From NCBI GenBank assembly GCA_030141605.1, contig JAQGDQ010001030.1:4995-68994 (forward strand): a stretch of DNA of 64,000 bases, given 5' to 3'. The notes below the pieces were generated by a model. That model did not search any database, was not told the origin of the DNA, and saw nothing but the letters and a program-made list of their open reading frames with translations. Shown here in pieces: positions 54,101-63,210 of the stretch (positions within the stretch are counted from its first letter, which is position 1; every line of letters begins with the position of its first letter). The stretch is from Tubiluchus corallicola. Lineage: Eukaryota > Animalia > Priapulida. The position numbers and the translations under genes are program-made.

Positions 54101-54300
54101 GAAGAATAATGATTAATGGGTTGCGTACTTACATATCAGCCCAGAACCTGCTATACTTTATGGCAAAAAACTATAGGGGTATAAACCCCGAGTCTGTAGA
54201 CACAGGAAGTAACTATAACTCTCCGTTAAAAACAGGGGCACAGCGTGGTGCACAACCTATTCCAAGAACTGTTGTATTTGGTGTTGAATTAACTTTCTAA
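51142..54300 (+). CDS. susC: SusC-like TonB-dependent transporter
   Basis: DEVVVIGYG, LKDAASAAIYGSRGSNGVILITTK, LKLRASYG, terminal VELTF. Confidence 0.96.
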   Translation: MKKITLFFVAFCSILHLGSRSLYGQNKISGSVTDASINKPLIGATVLVKGTTSGSITDMDGGFSINTDQESGILLVSFIGYLTKEVPFSGQQSLEIILAADNEIIDEVVVIGYGTQKKSHLTGSVAKLSNETLSQIPVSRADQALQGKLAGLSIKNISGDVGSAPEIRVRGMGSISANNSPLIVVDGYPVPDDLSSIDMADVESIEVLKDAASAAIYGSRGSNGVILITTKGGVAAKPSYKFTMYAGFKSAYKTYDIIDALTWTEIERGTRQKNENWLASLEDREPKDINYTGRESTIRYIGDNTDWQKEALRTGSIQNYQLSVSGGTKEVRYYISGSYMNDEGLMKDNDYNKINLRTKVDATLSDRVTVGINLNPSYSKQRRSSLGLHDFARTYSWLPAYHDEKTSAMTGIPVGEYAHPRHFNNIHLTDVDGTPLYNNSGDPERDNLWTSSNNNPTARRDNRFRYNTKYRLYGNGYLNLNITEGLEFKSTLGGYINYYMEEDFRNSQGHRSGTPYTVFRSILTNDLLSENFFTFNKKSGDHTINALAGFSAQKNREYPVRIRGENHPTDYIYTLNAATEINQSSGETYSYIEETALLSYLGRIGYSYLDKYLITLSSRWDGSSLFGPENRWAWFPSASVGWRLSEEEFLQDIKEIDQLKLRASYGLSGNNDIENYAHVNTLNTSNYIFGTGQGTLTPGLGQTNTILANKEITWERTYEFNAGLDLNLYSSRVTLALDYYHATTDQLLLTKRIPYHTGYQMEWTNIGKVRNQGVEIELGGHIIAQQDFSWKVSGNLSANKNLLLDFGGQLYDITEGYRGHKFIAMVGQPAIQFFGYETDGVWLSQDDIDNNPHKTEDVPGGLKIVDKDGNGQIDDNDRVVIGSPFPDFMWGLSNDIRWKDFDFSLLLQGVYGNEIFNADGYYFEMKRLNNEFIDGRYVNEMYPGDGKTPIVSPGTDWMLTDHLIEDGSFVALRDIMIGYTLPDDITRRIMINGLRTYISAQNLLYFMAKNYRGINPESVDTGSNYNSPLKTGAQRGAQPIPRTVVFGVELTF

Positions 54301-54310
54301 ATTTAAAATT

Positions 54311-55786
54311 ATGAAAACAATTAACATAAATATATTGATACTGGTAACATTGCTTACCGTGCAGTGCTCAAACTTTATTGATATGCAGCCTATTTCAGAG
54401 ATTGGAGAGGGCGATTTTTACAAAACAGAAGGAGAAATTGCCAATGCCGTGGTTGCCTGTTACAGCGCGCTGCAAAAACCACTGACAAGTGAGTGGTTGG
54501 TAACAGAATTTAGGTCTGACAATACACTCTACAACCCAGCATTCTCAGTAGGACGCGAGTCCGGGCATTATGCGCTGGATGTATTTACACTAACCAGTGA
54601 GAATATTCATGTTGATGAGTATTATACTGCTGTATACCAAAGTATAGCGGCATCAAATACTGTATTAAAGTATGTGGATGTGGTTGCCGACGAAGATAAA
54701 AGAAACCATTTTGAAGGGGAAGTCAGGTTTTTAAGAGCATATCACTACTTCAATTTGGTCAGATTATTTGGTCCGGTATTTTTGGTAACAGAACGTATCA
54801 GCAGTGTAGAAGCCAACAACATGAACCGGGCTGCCAAAGAGGATGTCTATGATCAAATAATAGAAGACTTAAGCTTCGCTGCAAGCAACATTAAAGATGA
54901 AACCTACACAGGTGATGATGCGGGGCGCGTTACCTCGTGGGCAGCAAAAACACTATTGGCAAAAGTCTATTTAACATTAGGAACGCAACAACATTTACAA
55001 GAAGCGAAAATACTACTCGAAGATGTAATGGAAAATAGCGAACACAGATTATTAGGTGACTACCCTGCCATTTTTGATGACAATAATGAAATGAATGATG
55101 AGATAATCTTTGCAGTTCGCTATAAATCAAACTCCGGCGGACTGGGCAACCCCGTAACTACCTACTTTGCGCCCATTAATGTTGTAGATATTATTATAAC
55201 CGGTGCAGGGAACGGATTCAACTATCCGTCAACAGAGTTAGTAGAGACATTTGTAGATGGCGATCAGCGGAAAGATGCTAATGTCAGGACATCATATACC
55301 AATAGCCAGGGGGAAGATGTAAACGTCAACTATATAGCCAAATACATCTCAAATCAGCAAACCGACAATGATTCTGATGCCGATTGGATTGTGTTGCGTT
55401 TTGCAGATGTAGTGCTAATGTATAGCGAAGTCATAAATGAGCTGGAAGGGCCAAGTACCGCCCTACCCTATCTAAATGAAGTTCATGCCAGAGCCGGATT
55501 AGATCCAGTCTTGGAGGCAGATGTAGCCACAAAACATGATTTCATGATTGCATTGGAGTTGGAGCGCAGGCTGGAATTTGCTTTTGAAAACCATAGATGG
55601 TTTGATTTAGTAAGAACCAACAGGATTATCGATGTAATGGAAAACCACTTTCAAGTGGCCATTGAGTACTCTTCAATAGAGGGAGCCACTGTGCCCGATA
55701 AGCTTCATGAGTGGCAGCTATTATTGCCGATACCACAAAGCCAAATCGATATCAACCCTAATTTCTCGCAAAACTCTGGATATTAG
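54311..55786 (+). CDS. susD: SusD-like lipoprotein
   Basis: Lipobox-like TVQC, GEVRFLRAYHYF, LRFADV, ERRLEFAFENHRWFDL, QNSGY. Confidence 0.95.
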   Translation: MKTININILILVTLLTVQCSNFIDMQPISEIGEGDFYKTEGEIANAVVACYSALQKPLTSEWLVTEFRSDNTLYNPAFSVGRESGHYALDVFTLTSENIHVDEYYTAVYQSIAASNTVLKYVDVVADEDKRNHFEGEVRFLRAYHYFNLVRLFGPVFLVTERISSVEANNMNRAAKEDVYDQIIEDLSFAASNIKDETYTGDDAGRVTSWAAKTLLAKVYLTLGTQQHLQEAKILLEDVMENSEHRLLGDYPAIFDDNNEMNDEIIFAVRYKSNSGGLGNPVTTYFAPINVVDIIITGAGNGFNYPSTELVETFVDGDQRKDANVRTSYTNSQGEDVNVNYIAKYISNQQTDNDSDADWIVLRFADVVLMYSEVINELEGPSTALPYLNEVHARAGLDPVLEADVATKHDFMIALELERRLEFAFENHRWFDLVRTNRIIDVMENHFQVAIEYSSIEGATVPDKLHEWQLLLPIPQSQIDINPNFSQNSGY

Positions 55787-55886
55787 CACTTACACTTTGA
55801 AATAGCATAAAAAATCCAACACTAAATAAAGAAAAACGATATAATAAAAAATAATTAACAAGAGCAGGCTACATAAGACCAGGAAA

Positions 55887-57461
55887 GTGAAACAATTGAT
55901 ACAAATAGCTGCTGTTCTTTTATCACACGCTGTTTGCGGTACAGTATATGCGCAGTGGCAGTCTGAGCTTTTAAAAGTTGATGAGAAGGGCCAGGTGACG
56001 TATGTTAAAGATGCATACGGTTTCAAACTACCTGATTTTAGTTTTGCAGGGTGCCGATATAGTGAAGAGGCTATTCCCAGCACTCCTGTAGTCAAAACAA
56101 TAGGACCCATTGCAGGAGATAATACAGCCCATATTCAAAATGCAATAAATGAAGTGGGAGCCATGGAAATAGATTATAATGGCTACAGGGGTGCTCTATT
56201 GTTACTTGCTGGCACCTACGAAGTATCAGGCGCCTTACATATAGAGAGTAATGGTGTGGTTCTCCGTGGAATTGGTGAAAACAGTGACCCCAAAAACAAC
56301 ACCATACTGCTGGCTAAAGGAAATACTCCACACCAACGGACATTAATCCACTTAGGGAGTAGCACAAGCTACGGGCTGGACACAGACCCTGGCAATACTA
56401 AAACCTTTATATTAAATGATACTGTGCCCGTTGGAAGCACACTGCTGGTAATTGAAGACACAAAAAGCTTTGAGGTGGGTGACAATATTATTGTATACCA
56501 CCCGTGCACAACAAAGTGGCTTGAGAAGGTAAACGGAGGAGATACCGGTACTGATGATCCGTGGGAAGAAGGCGAACTGCCTGTTACGTTTTACAGATAT
56601 ATTACAAAAATCAAAAATAATACCATAGAGCTTGATGCACCAGTGTTTTACCCATTAATAAAGGAGGTGTCCGAATGTTATATATATAAGCCTGAGACCG
56701 AAAAAATGCGCAGGAATATAGGCATTGAGAACCTGCGTATCGAGATAGAGTCACTGGGAGGAGAGGATGAAAATCACTGCTGGGATGGGATACGGTTTAA
56801 CCTGCTGGAAGATAGCTGGGCAAAAAATTGTGTCGTTAAAGGGTTTGGGCAGGCAGGAATTGTAACACAATATTCTTACAGGATAACAATTGATAGCTGC
56901 TCTGTAATCGATCCTGTGGCAAAATTAGCTGGAAAGCGCATGTATAACTTCAACTTTCATCATGGCTCACAATTGGTACTGGTCAAAAATAGCTACGCAA
57001 GAAATGGACGCCACCACTATATCTCAAACGGAACATCAACAGTATCAGGATGTGTTGTATACAATTGTACTTCCGATGCTGCATACTCAGCTATTGAGCC
57101 ACACAGGAAATGGTCGACAGGATTGCTATTCGATAACTTAAAAGAGATAAATTTAAGAAGTTCAGGGCGTTTGGCATTTGCTCTTTATAACCGGGGAGAC
57201 AAAGGTACAGCACATGGATGGTCAGCAGCACACTGCGTAGCGTGGAACTGTGATTTTGGTGATGCCCGTGTATGTATACAAAAGCCACCGGAAGCTCAAA
57301 ACTATGCCATTGGTTGTAAAGCAAAAAGAATAAATGGCTATGAGGTGGATTTTCCTCAACCTGAAGGGCATATTGAAGGAACAAATATGAAAGGGTTGAA
57401 GCCCCCGTCACTTTATCAGGCACAACACAAGTCCAGGATGAAAATGCTGCAAAAAGAGTAA
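55887..57461 (+). CDS. Exported right-handed beta-helix (pectate-lyase-superfamily-like) protein of unknown specificity
   Basis: GTG start, signal peptide, LPDFSFAG, DNTAHIQNAI, NIGIENL, PHRKWSTGLLFDN, HGWSAAHCVAWN. Confidence 0.7.
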   Translation: MKQLIQIAAVLLSHAVCGTVYAQWQSELLKVDEKGQVTYVKDAYGFKLPDFSFAGCRYSEEAIPSTPVVKTIGPIAGDNTAHIQNAINEVGAMEIDYNGYRGALLLLAGTYEVSGALHIESNGVVLRGIGENSDPKNNTILLAKGNTPHQRTLIHLGSSTSYGLDTDPGNTKTFILNDTVPVGSTLLVIEDTKSFEVGDNIIVYHPCTTKWLEKVNGGDTGTDDPWEEGELPVTFYRYITKIKNNTIELDAPVFYPLIKEVSECYIYKPETEKMRRNIGIENLRIEIESLGGEDENHCWDGIRFNLLEDSWAKNCVVKGFGQAGIVTQYSYRITIDSCSVIDPVAKLAGKRMYNFNFHHGSQLVLVKNSYARNGRHHYISNGTSTVSGCVVYNCTSDAAYSAIEPHRKWSTGLLFDNLKEINLRSSGRLAFALYNRGDKGTAHGWSAAHCVAWNCDFGDARVCIQKPPEAQNYAIGCKAKRINGYEVDFPQPEGHIEGTNMKGLKPPSLYQAQHKSRMKMLQKE

Positions 57462-57550
57462 CTCAGGCTTAAGATCAGGGCCCTACATGGCAGAAATAGC
57501 TGGTAAAGGTCTGAAATTCATGAAAAATACATTTAAATAATATAAAAGAG

Positions 57551-59011
57551 ATGATCATAGTAAAAAAGATAAAAGCAGCAGTGTGTCTCCTCACACTGAT
57601 AATAGTAGGGTTTCCCGGCTTAAAAGCGACCGAATACAAAATCAGCTCCGCATCGGAACTGCTACCTTTATCTCTAAAAGCTGGTGATGTCGTCATTATG
57701 AAAAATGGAGTTTGGGAAAACCAGGAACTAACATTCGAAGGAGCAGGCACAGAAGCTAAGCCAATAACTTTAAAAGCAGAAACAGGAGGAGAAGTGATTT
57801 TAACCGGAAGTTCAAAGATTAAGCTTAGCGGACAGCACCTGGTAATTGATGGACTTAATTTTTACAAAGGAGCTCTCAACTCTGGATCTGGAGCAGTAAT
57901 TGAGTTTAGAACAAACGGTTCAAACCTTGCATTTAACTGCAGATTAACAAACACATGTATTAAGGATTACAACCCGCCTGATAAAAATACAGAATATAAA
58001 TGGGTATCGCTATATGGTAAAAATAACCGTGTTGATCATTGTCACTTTGAAGGTAAAAATCACAGTGGTGCGCTATTAGTCGTTTGGTTAGACAGTGAGC
58101 CAAATTATCATAAAATTGATAGCAATTATTTTGGGGAACGGCCTGACTTAGGCTTTAACGGAGCTGAAATAATCAGAGTAGGAACGAGCCATTGGAGCAT
58201 GTATGACTCTTACACCATTGTTGAAAACAACCTGTTTGAGGAGTGTGACGGGGAAATTGAAATAATATCAAGCAAGTCGTGTAAAAACATATACCGAAAC
58301 AATACATTCCGGGCATCTGAAGGGACACTGACTTTAAGACATGGAAACGATTGCGAGGTTTACAATAATTTCTTTTTTGGGGTTTCATACAAAAAATGCG
58401 GAGGAATACGGCTTATAGGAGAAAACCACAAAGTGTACAACAATTACCTACAAAACCTGCCCGGGCATGGATACAGAGCCGCAATTTGCCTGGTAAATGG
58501 CGTACCTGACTCTCCGCTAAACAGATATTTTCAAGTAATTAATGGTAGAGTTGTAAATAACACCATTGTTAACTGTAAGCACCCCATAGTAATCGGAGCC
58601 AGAAAAGACAGTGAAAAAACACTTTCCCCAAAAGGCTGTTTTATAGCCAATAATGTAATAGCTATTTACGACGCATCGGCTAAACAAATAATCGAATATG
58701 TAGATGAGCCGGAAAATATCACTTATCAAAGCAACATAATGTATGGAACCGAACTGGGTATTCCGCTTCAAAGCGGAATAGAGGTGATTGACCCGGCTCT
58801 TTTTCAGGATGAGAACGGTGTCTGGAGACCCGCTGATACCAGTGTGGTAATTAATTATGGATCTACAGAATACGATTTTGTAACATTTGATATTGAAATG
58901 CAGGAGAGGGTTTCCGGTAATGATGCCGGGTGTGATCAACTATCAGGTAATCCTGTACTAAACAGGCCTCTTAAAAAAGGTGATGTTGGTGTTAGGTGGC
59001 CAATCCTGTAA
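57551..59011 (+). CDS. PL6 alginate lyase (single catalytic domain), 3' end supplied by the IS
   Basis: NNRVDHC, NGAEIIRVG, EIISSKS, TLRHG. The stop TAA (59009-59011) lies inside the IS left end. Confidence 0.88.
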   Translation: MIIVKKIKAAVCLLTLIIVGFPGLKATEYKISSASELLPLSLKAGDVVIMKNGVWENQELTFEGAGTEAKPITLKAETGGEVILTGSSKIKLSGQHLVIDGLNFYKGALNSGSGAVIEFRTNGSNLAFNCRLTNTCIKDYNPPDKNTEYKWVSLYGKNNRVDHCHFEGKNHSGALLVVWLDSEPNYHKIDSNYFGERPDLGFNGAEIIRVGTSHWSMYDSYTIVENNLFEECDGEIEIISSKSCKNIYRNNTFRASEGTLTLRHGNDCEVYNNFFFGVSYKKCGGIRLIGENHKVYNNYLQNLPGHGYRAAICLVNGVPDSPLNRYFQVINGRVVNNTIVNCKHPIVIGARKDSEKTLSPKGCFIANNVIAIYDASAKQIIEYVDEPENITYQSNIMYGTELGIPLQSGIEVIDPALFQDENGVWRPADTSVVINYGSTEYDFVTFDIEMQERVSGNDAGCDQLSGNPVLNRPLKKGDVGVRWPIL

Positions 59012-59082
59012 ATCTTCAGCTTAATTCGGACAAATTGGTTTAAAAATTAAGAGAGACATTTCTTAAATTATAACCAATAAAA

Positions 59083-59442
59083 ACGAGTAAGATTAAGGCA
59101 AAAAAACAGACTACCGAACAAAAGGTAAAATAGATTAAGAGACACCCGAGGAAGAAGTAATCAGCTGAAGAAAAAATCAGGATTGTACTAGAGGGCATGC
59201 GTGGCGAATATAGCATTGCCGAGTTATGCCTAAAAGAAGGCATCAACGCGAACCTTTATTACAAGTGGAGTAAAGATTTTATGGAAGCTGGCAAAAAACG
59301 CCTTGCAGGTGACATTAAACGGGAAGCTACATCGGGCGAAGTAAACGGATTAAAGAACGAGAACCACGACCTAAAGCAGCTTGTAGCAGAGCTGAGTTTG
59401 GAAGTACGCATGCTTAAAAAAAGCCTAACTGGAACCGAGTAA
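59083..59442 (+). pseudogene. Transposase OrfA (HTH) pseudogene
   Basis: Start reads ACG. In-frame TAG (59131) and TAA (59158) precede SAEEKIRIVLEG...AELC..EGI...YYKW. Confidence 0.85.
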
Positions 59443-59453
59443 CTTATAAATAT

Positions 59454-60436
59454 ATGAGACGAAGCGCCAGTGAAAAGATGGAAATTATCCGTATTGTTCA
59501 AGATTCGGAATTCGGAGTTAAGCGCACACTTGAAGAGCTTGACATCAGCCGAAGTACCTTTTACGAGTGGTACAAACGCTTCCTTGAGGGATGATATGAT
59601 GCACTCAAGCCCAAGCCGGTAAAACGCAAAAAGTTCTGGGACAAGATATCCAACAAAGAACGAGAACTGGTTTTAGACACCGCTTTGTAACGTACAGACT
59701 TATCGCCTAGGGAACTAGCCCACCACATCACCGACCATCAAAAGTGGTTTATCAGCGAATCCAGCGCATATCGGATTCTCAAAGAGCAAGTGCTAATCAC
59801 ATCTCCTGCGTGGCTTTTAATGGCTGCATCCGATGATTTTAAAGATAAGACCACGCGTGTGCACCAGCAATGGCAAACCGATTTCACCTACTTAAAAATC
59901 ATTGGATGGGGCTGGTATTATTTGGCTACCGTAATGGACGATTATTCAAGGTATATCGTCACCTGGGAGCTTTGCCAAAGCATGGAGTCGGCCGATGCCA
60001 AGCACATGTTATTCAAAAGGCTTTACATACGGCCAAAATACCTGCAGACGATTGTCCCAGGTTACTCTCCGATAATGGAGCGTGCTACATATCAAACGAG
60101 TTTCAAAGCTTTTTAAAAGATACCAAAATGGGACATCTACGTGGAGCCCCGTACCACCCTCAAACACAAGGGAAAATTGAGCGTTACCACCGCACCATGA
60201 AAAATCAGGTAAAGTTGGATAACTACTACTTTCCTGATGAACTAATGACGGTTCTACAGGAGTTTGTATATAATTACAACAATCACCGGTATCATGAATC
60301 ACTCAAGAATGTTACACCTGCCGACGTGTATTTTGGAAGGCAAAAACAGTTACTGGGCAATCGTGAAAATATTAAAATAAAAACGCTAAATGAAAGAAGA
60401 AAAAGGAATCAGAAAATCGCAGTGTATCACTTTTGA
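59454..60436 (+). pseudogene. Transposase OrfB (DDE integrase core) pseudogene
   Basis: WQTDFTY, DDYSRY, SDNG, HPQTQGKIER. In-frame TGA (59592), TAA (59688) and a frameshift near 60005. Confidence 0.88.
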
Positions 60437-60656
60437 TTTATTGAAAACTCTGCGAGTTTCCAACAAGTCAACAGTGAATTATCATCACCATAAAAAAGAG
60501 AATTTGAATTATAAAACTATCTCTTAACTTTAAGCATCAATTTGTCCAATAAGTTTTGAAGTTAAACAATGGACAGTGGCCTATTCTCAATTGGGAGGCG
60601 CAATAATACTAAAACCCTACTTCAGGTAGAAATATAATACTAATTCAAGACAGAAC

Positions 60657-60698
60657 AAAACCCCGAAAAAGGACAAATTTGATCCTGAATCGGGGTTT
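60657..60698. terminator. Hairpin between convergent units
   Basis: AAAACCCCGA...TCGGGGTTTT stem with an inner AGGA/TCCT pair. Confidence 0.65.
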
Positions 60699-60819
60699 TC
60701 TGTGACACTGTTTCACAAAGTGTGTAAACTAAAATATACCGAGGGTTTGGCTATTTATAGCTGGACCCTTTTTTCAAATATAACTAAGAACTGATTAGCA
60801 CTATCTCATAAACTCTGCT

Positions 60820-61485
60820 TCAGACCTGATAATTGCTACTCTCCTTTAGTATAGATAAAGCTACTGTCCCCTCATTAAAAAGTAGATCTATAATACTTAA
60901 ATTTGGCACAAAGCCCAGCTTTTCGCTAAACACCTGTATATAGGGGGAAGGGGTGAAATTAGGGTCATTACCACTACGATGTAGCTTAGGGTGTATTGCG
61001 TAGCGATAGTCATCTGTTCGCTTTTCAGGTGCTTTTATATACTCCGTGGTAAAAGATACAGTGGGCTTGGCATCCATTATTTTCAAAACTACCTCTTGCA
61101 GACTCATATTGAAATCCAGCAGATACTTCCACTTTTTCTTATGATAAAACGGAGCAAAGTCATCTGATAAATATTCAAAAAAAGGGGAGTTGTTATATGC
61201 CGATATTATACTCATCCAGTGTAACCGCTGCCATTTTTCATCATACGATATGCGCACATCTGATACTGGAACCTTCCCCTGCTTCTCTTTTTTAACAGGT
61301 ATTACAAGTGTCTGGTATCCGTTTGCACCCAGAATAACACAACGATTTCTATATGTTTGTCGGGTATAGTTCTCGTGCTTCTCTATATCTATCTTATCGT
61401 AAAATATAAGCTTAGAGAAATACTGTATTGGCCCTAAATATGCAGTACTGAGTAATACATGATTTTTTTCTGTACGGTGCTGCAT
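60820..61485 (-). CDS. WbqC-like family protein
   Basis: QTYRNRC, AYNNSPFFEY, YIQVF...FVPNLSIIDLLFNEG. Confidence 0.9.
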   Translation of the reverse strand: MQHRTEKNHVLLSTAYLGPIQYFSKLIFYDKIDIEKHENYTRQTYRNRCVILGANGYQTLVIPVKKEKQGKVPVSDVRISYDEKWQRLHWMSIISAYNNSPFFEYLSDDFAPFYHKKKWKYLLDFNMSLQEVVLKIMDAKPTVSFTTEYIKAPEKRTDDYRYAIHPKLHRSGNDPNFTPSPYIQVFSEKLGFVPNLSIIDLLFNEGTVALSILKESSNYQV

Positions 61486-61494
61486 AATAGCCGT

Positions 61495-61827
61495 TTAGTC
61501 ATCAAACATACTTTGCTGTACCTCTCCCTCCTGCATCTCATCCTCTGGATGCTCCCCACTATTATGTTCAACAATCCCTTTCTCCAACTCATCAACTCTC
61601 TCTGTAAGTCTCCTGTTATCTGACTTTAGCTTCCTTTTTTCGGACAGGGTTAATACAGAGCTAAGCAGTACTCCTGCTAGCAGCGATATTAGTATTAAAA
61701 GCACTACAGGTATCTGTCTAATCTCCCAAAACAGAAGTTTTATAGTTATCGCAAAGGCATTTTGAAGAGCAAGGATTACCAGCAGCATTGCTGTAATCAG
61801 CGATATTATCAATCCCCTTTGCATCAT
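61495..61827 (-). CDS. LapA (DUF1049)-family membrane protein
   Basis: ALQN...KLLFW, two TMs, then a coiled-coil. Confidence 0.8.
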   Translation of the reverse strand: MMQRGLIISLITAMLLVILALQNAFAITIKLLFWEIRQIPVVLLILISLLAGVLLSSVLTLSEKRKLKSDNRRLTERVDELEKGIVEHNSGEHPEDEMQEGEVQQSMFDD

Positions 61828-61844
61828 GGTAAAGTATAAGTTTA

Positions 61845-63188
61845 TTATTTAATAACGCTAAACATTCGGGGCCACCGTATTTTTGAAAAAAGACTTTTGT
61901 CTTTGTCTAGTGAAAACCATATAAATGAAGCCTTACCTACAATATGATCTTCGGGAACAAACCCCCAGTAGCGGGAATCAAGCGAATTGTGTCGATTATC
62001 TCCCATCATCCAGTAGTAGTCCATTTTAAATGTATATGAATCAGTCTGCTCCCCGTTAATGTATATCTTATCATCTATTAGCGCCAAATCGTTATTCTCA
62101 TAAATTGAAATAGCCCTTCTGTACAAAGGGAGGGTCTCTTGTGTCAATTTAATAGTAACACCTTTTTGTGGTACCCACACAGAATCAAAATTATCAATAT
62201 TCCACATATTTTTACCGTCAGTCGGAAAAATATAAAGATCCTTATTACCTGCCGGAACACTTTTTTTATCAACAGACAGTACATTCCTAAACTCTTTTTT
62301 GAGCTTTTCTGCCTGTTGAGATGTTAATGAAAACAGATATTGTGTTCTTGACAGTTGATGACGGTTCGACATAGGTATATCCAACCTGTCAAGTGAGCGG
62401 GGATTTATACTTGAACCATCTGTAGTTACAATATACTCATACTGAAGTCCGGAAACAGCAGGTTGAGGCCTGCTATTTATATACACCTGCCCATTCACAA
62501 TCTTAAGTGAATCTCCGGGAATCGCAACACACCTCTTGATATAATTTTCTCGTTTATCAACAGGACGGTATACTATTTCCCCGAATGTACTCTTATCCTT
62601 CCATACACGATCCCTGCCATATATTCTTATAAGCTGGTAATAACTTTGTGCAGGGGCTCCCAATGCTACAGTATCTCCTTCCGGAAAGTTAAATACAACA
62701 ATATCATCCCGCTTTATATCTCCTAGCCCTTTTAACCTTCTGTGCTCCCATTGTACTATATCTGTAAACGATTTTTTTGATTGTGTCAGTGGAATTGTGT
62801 TATGCACAAATGGAAGAGACAGAGGAGTGTTGGGCAGCTTTGGACCATATGCTGTCTTACTGACAAAAAGATAGTCGCCAACAAGCATTGATTTTTCCAT
62901 AGATGAGGTTGGTATGGTATAAGCCTCTATAAAAAACAACCTGATGAATGTAGCTGCAATAGTAGCAAAGATAATTGCATCAACCCACTCAATCAGCTTT
63001 GTCTGTTTACCCCCTGATGGGTTCCTCCTCTTCCAGAATGTCCAGTTTACTTTTCTTGTAATGTACATGTCAAAAATGACAATTAGCCCTGTAAACCACC
63101 AGTAGTTTTCAAGCCACACTACCCACAAAATATAAGTTATTGCAATTATAATAAACTTAAGCCATCTGCGTTTCCCCTTATTCCCCAT
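61845..63188 (-). CDS. lepB: Signal peptidase I
   Basis: IPTSSME..LVGD, YIKRC, MMGDNRHNSLDSR. Confidence 0.96.
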   Translation of the reverse strand: MGNKGKRRWLKFIIIAITYILWVVWLENYWWFTGLIVIFDMYITRKVNWTFWKRRNPSGGKQTKLIEWVDAIIFATIAATFIRLFFIEAYTIPTSSMEKSMLVGDYLFVSKTAYGPKLPNTPLSLPFVHNTIPLTQSKKSFTDIVQWEHRRLKGLGDIKRDDIVVFNFPEGDTVALGAPAQSYYQLIRIYGRDRVWKDKSTFGEIVYRPVDKRENYIKRCVAIPGDSLKIVNGQVYINSRPQPAVSGLQYEYIVTTDGSSINPRSLDRLDIPMSNRHQLSRTQYLFSLTSQQAEKLKKEFRNVLSVDKKSVPAGNKDLYIFPTDGKNMWNIDNFDSVWVPQKGVTIKLTQETLPLYRRAISIYENNDLALIDDKIYINGEQTDSYTFKMDYYWMMGDNRHNSLDSRYWGFVPEDHIVGKASFIWFSLDKDKSLFSKIRWPRMFSVIK

Positions 63189-63210
63189 TTTATGATCTGT
63201 TTAAATAGAT

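Larger units (their letters stand above)
59007..60568 (+). mobile_element. Decayed IS3/IS481-type insertion sequence (1562 bp)
   Basis: TGT...ACA ends. About 49-bp imperfect terminal inverted repeats share CTTCA, GGACAAATTG and TTAAGAGA. Contains orfA/orfB remnants and an A7G slippery site at 59416-59423. Confidence 0.88.

Noticed and set aside
59083-59690. Several in-frame stops in the transposase as possible stop-codon recoding
   Set aside because: All three stop types occur, plus a frameshift, and neighbouring genes use the standard code; this is ordinary decay.
60701-60717. TGTGA-CACTGTT-TCACA, a CRP-like or parS-like dyad
   Set aside because: Spacer is 7 not 6, only half of parS matches, and it lies between convergent gene ends.
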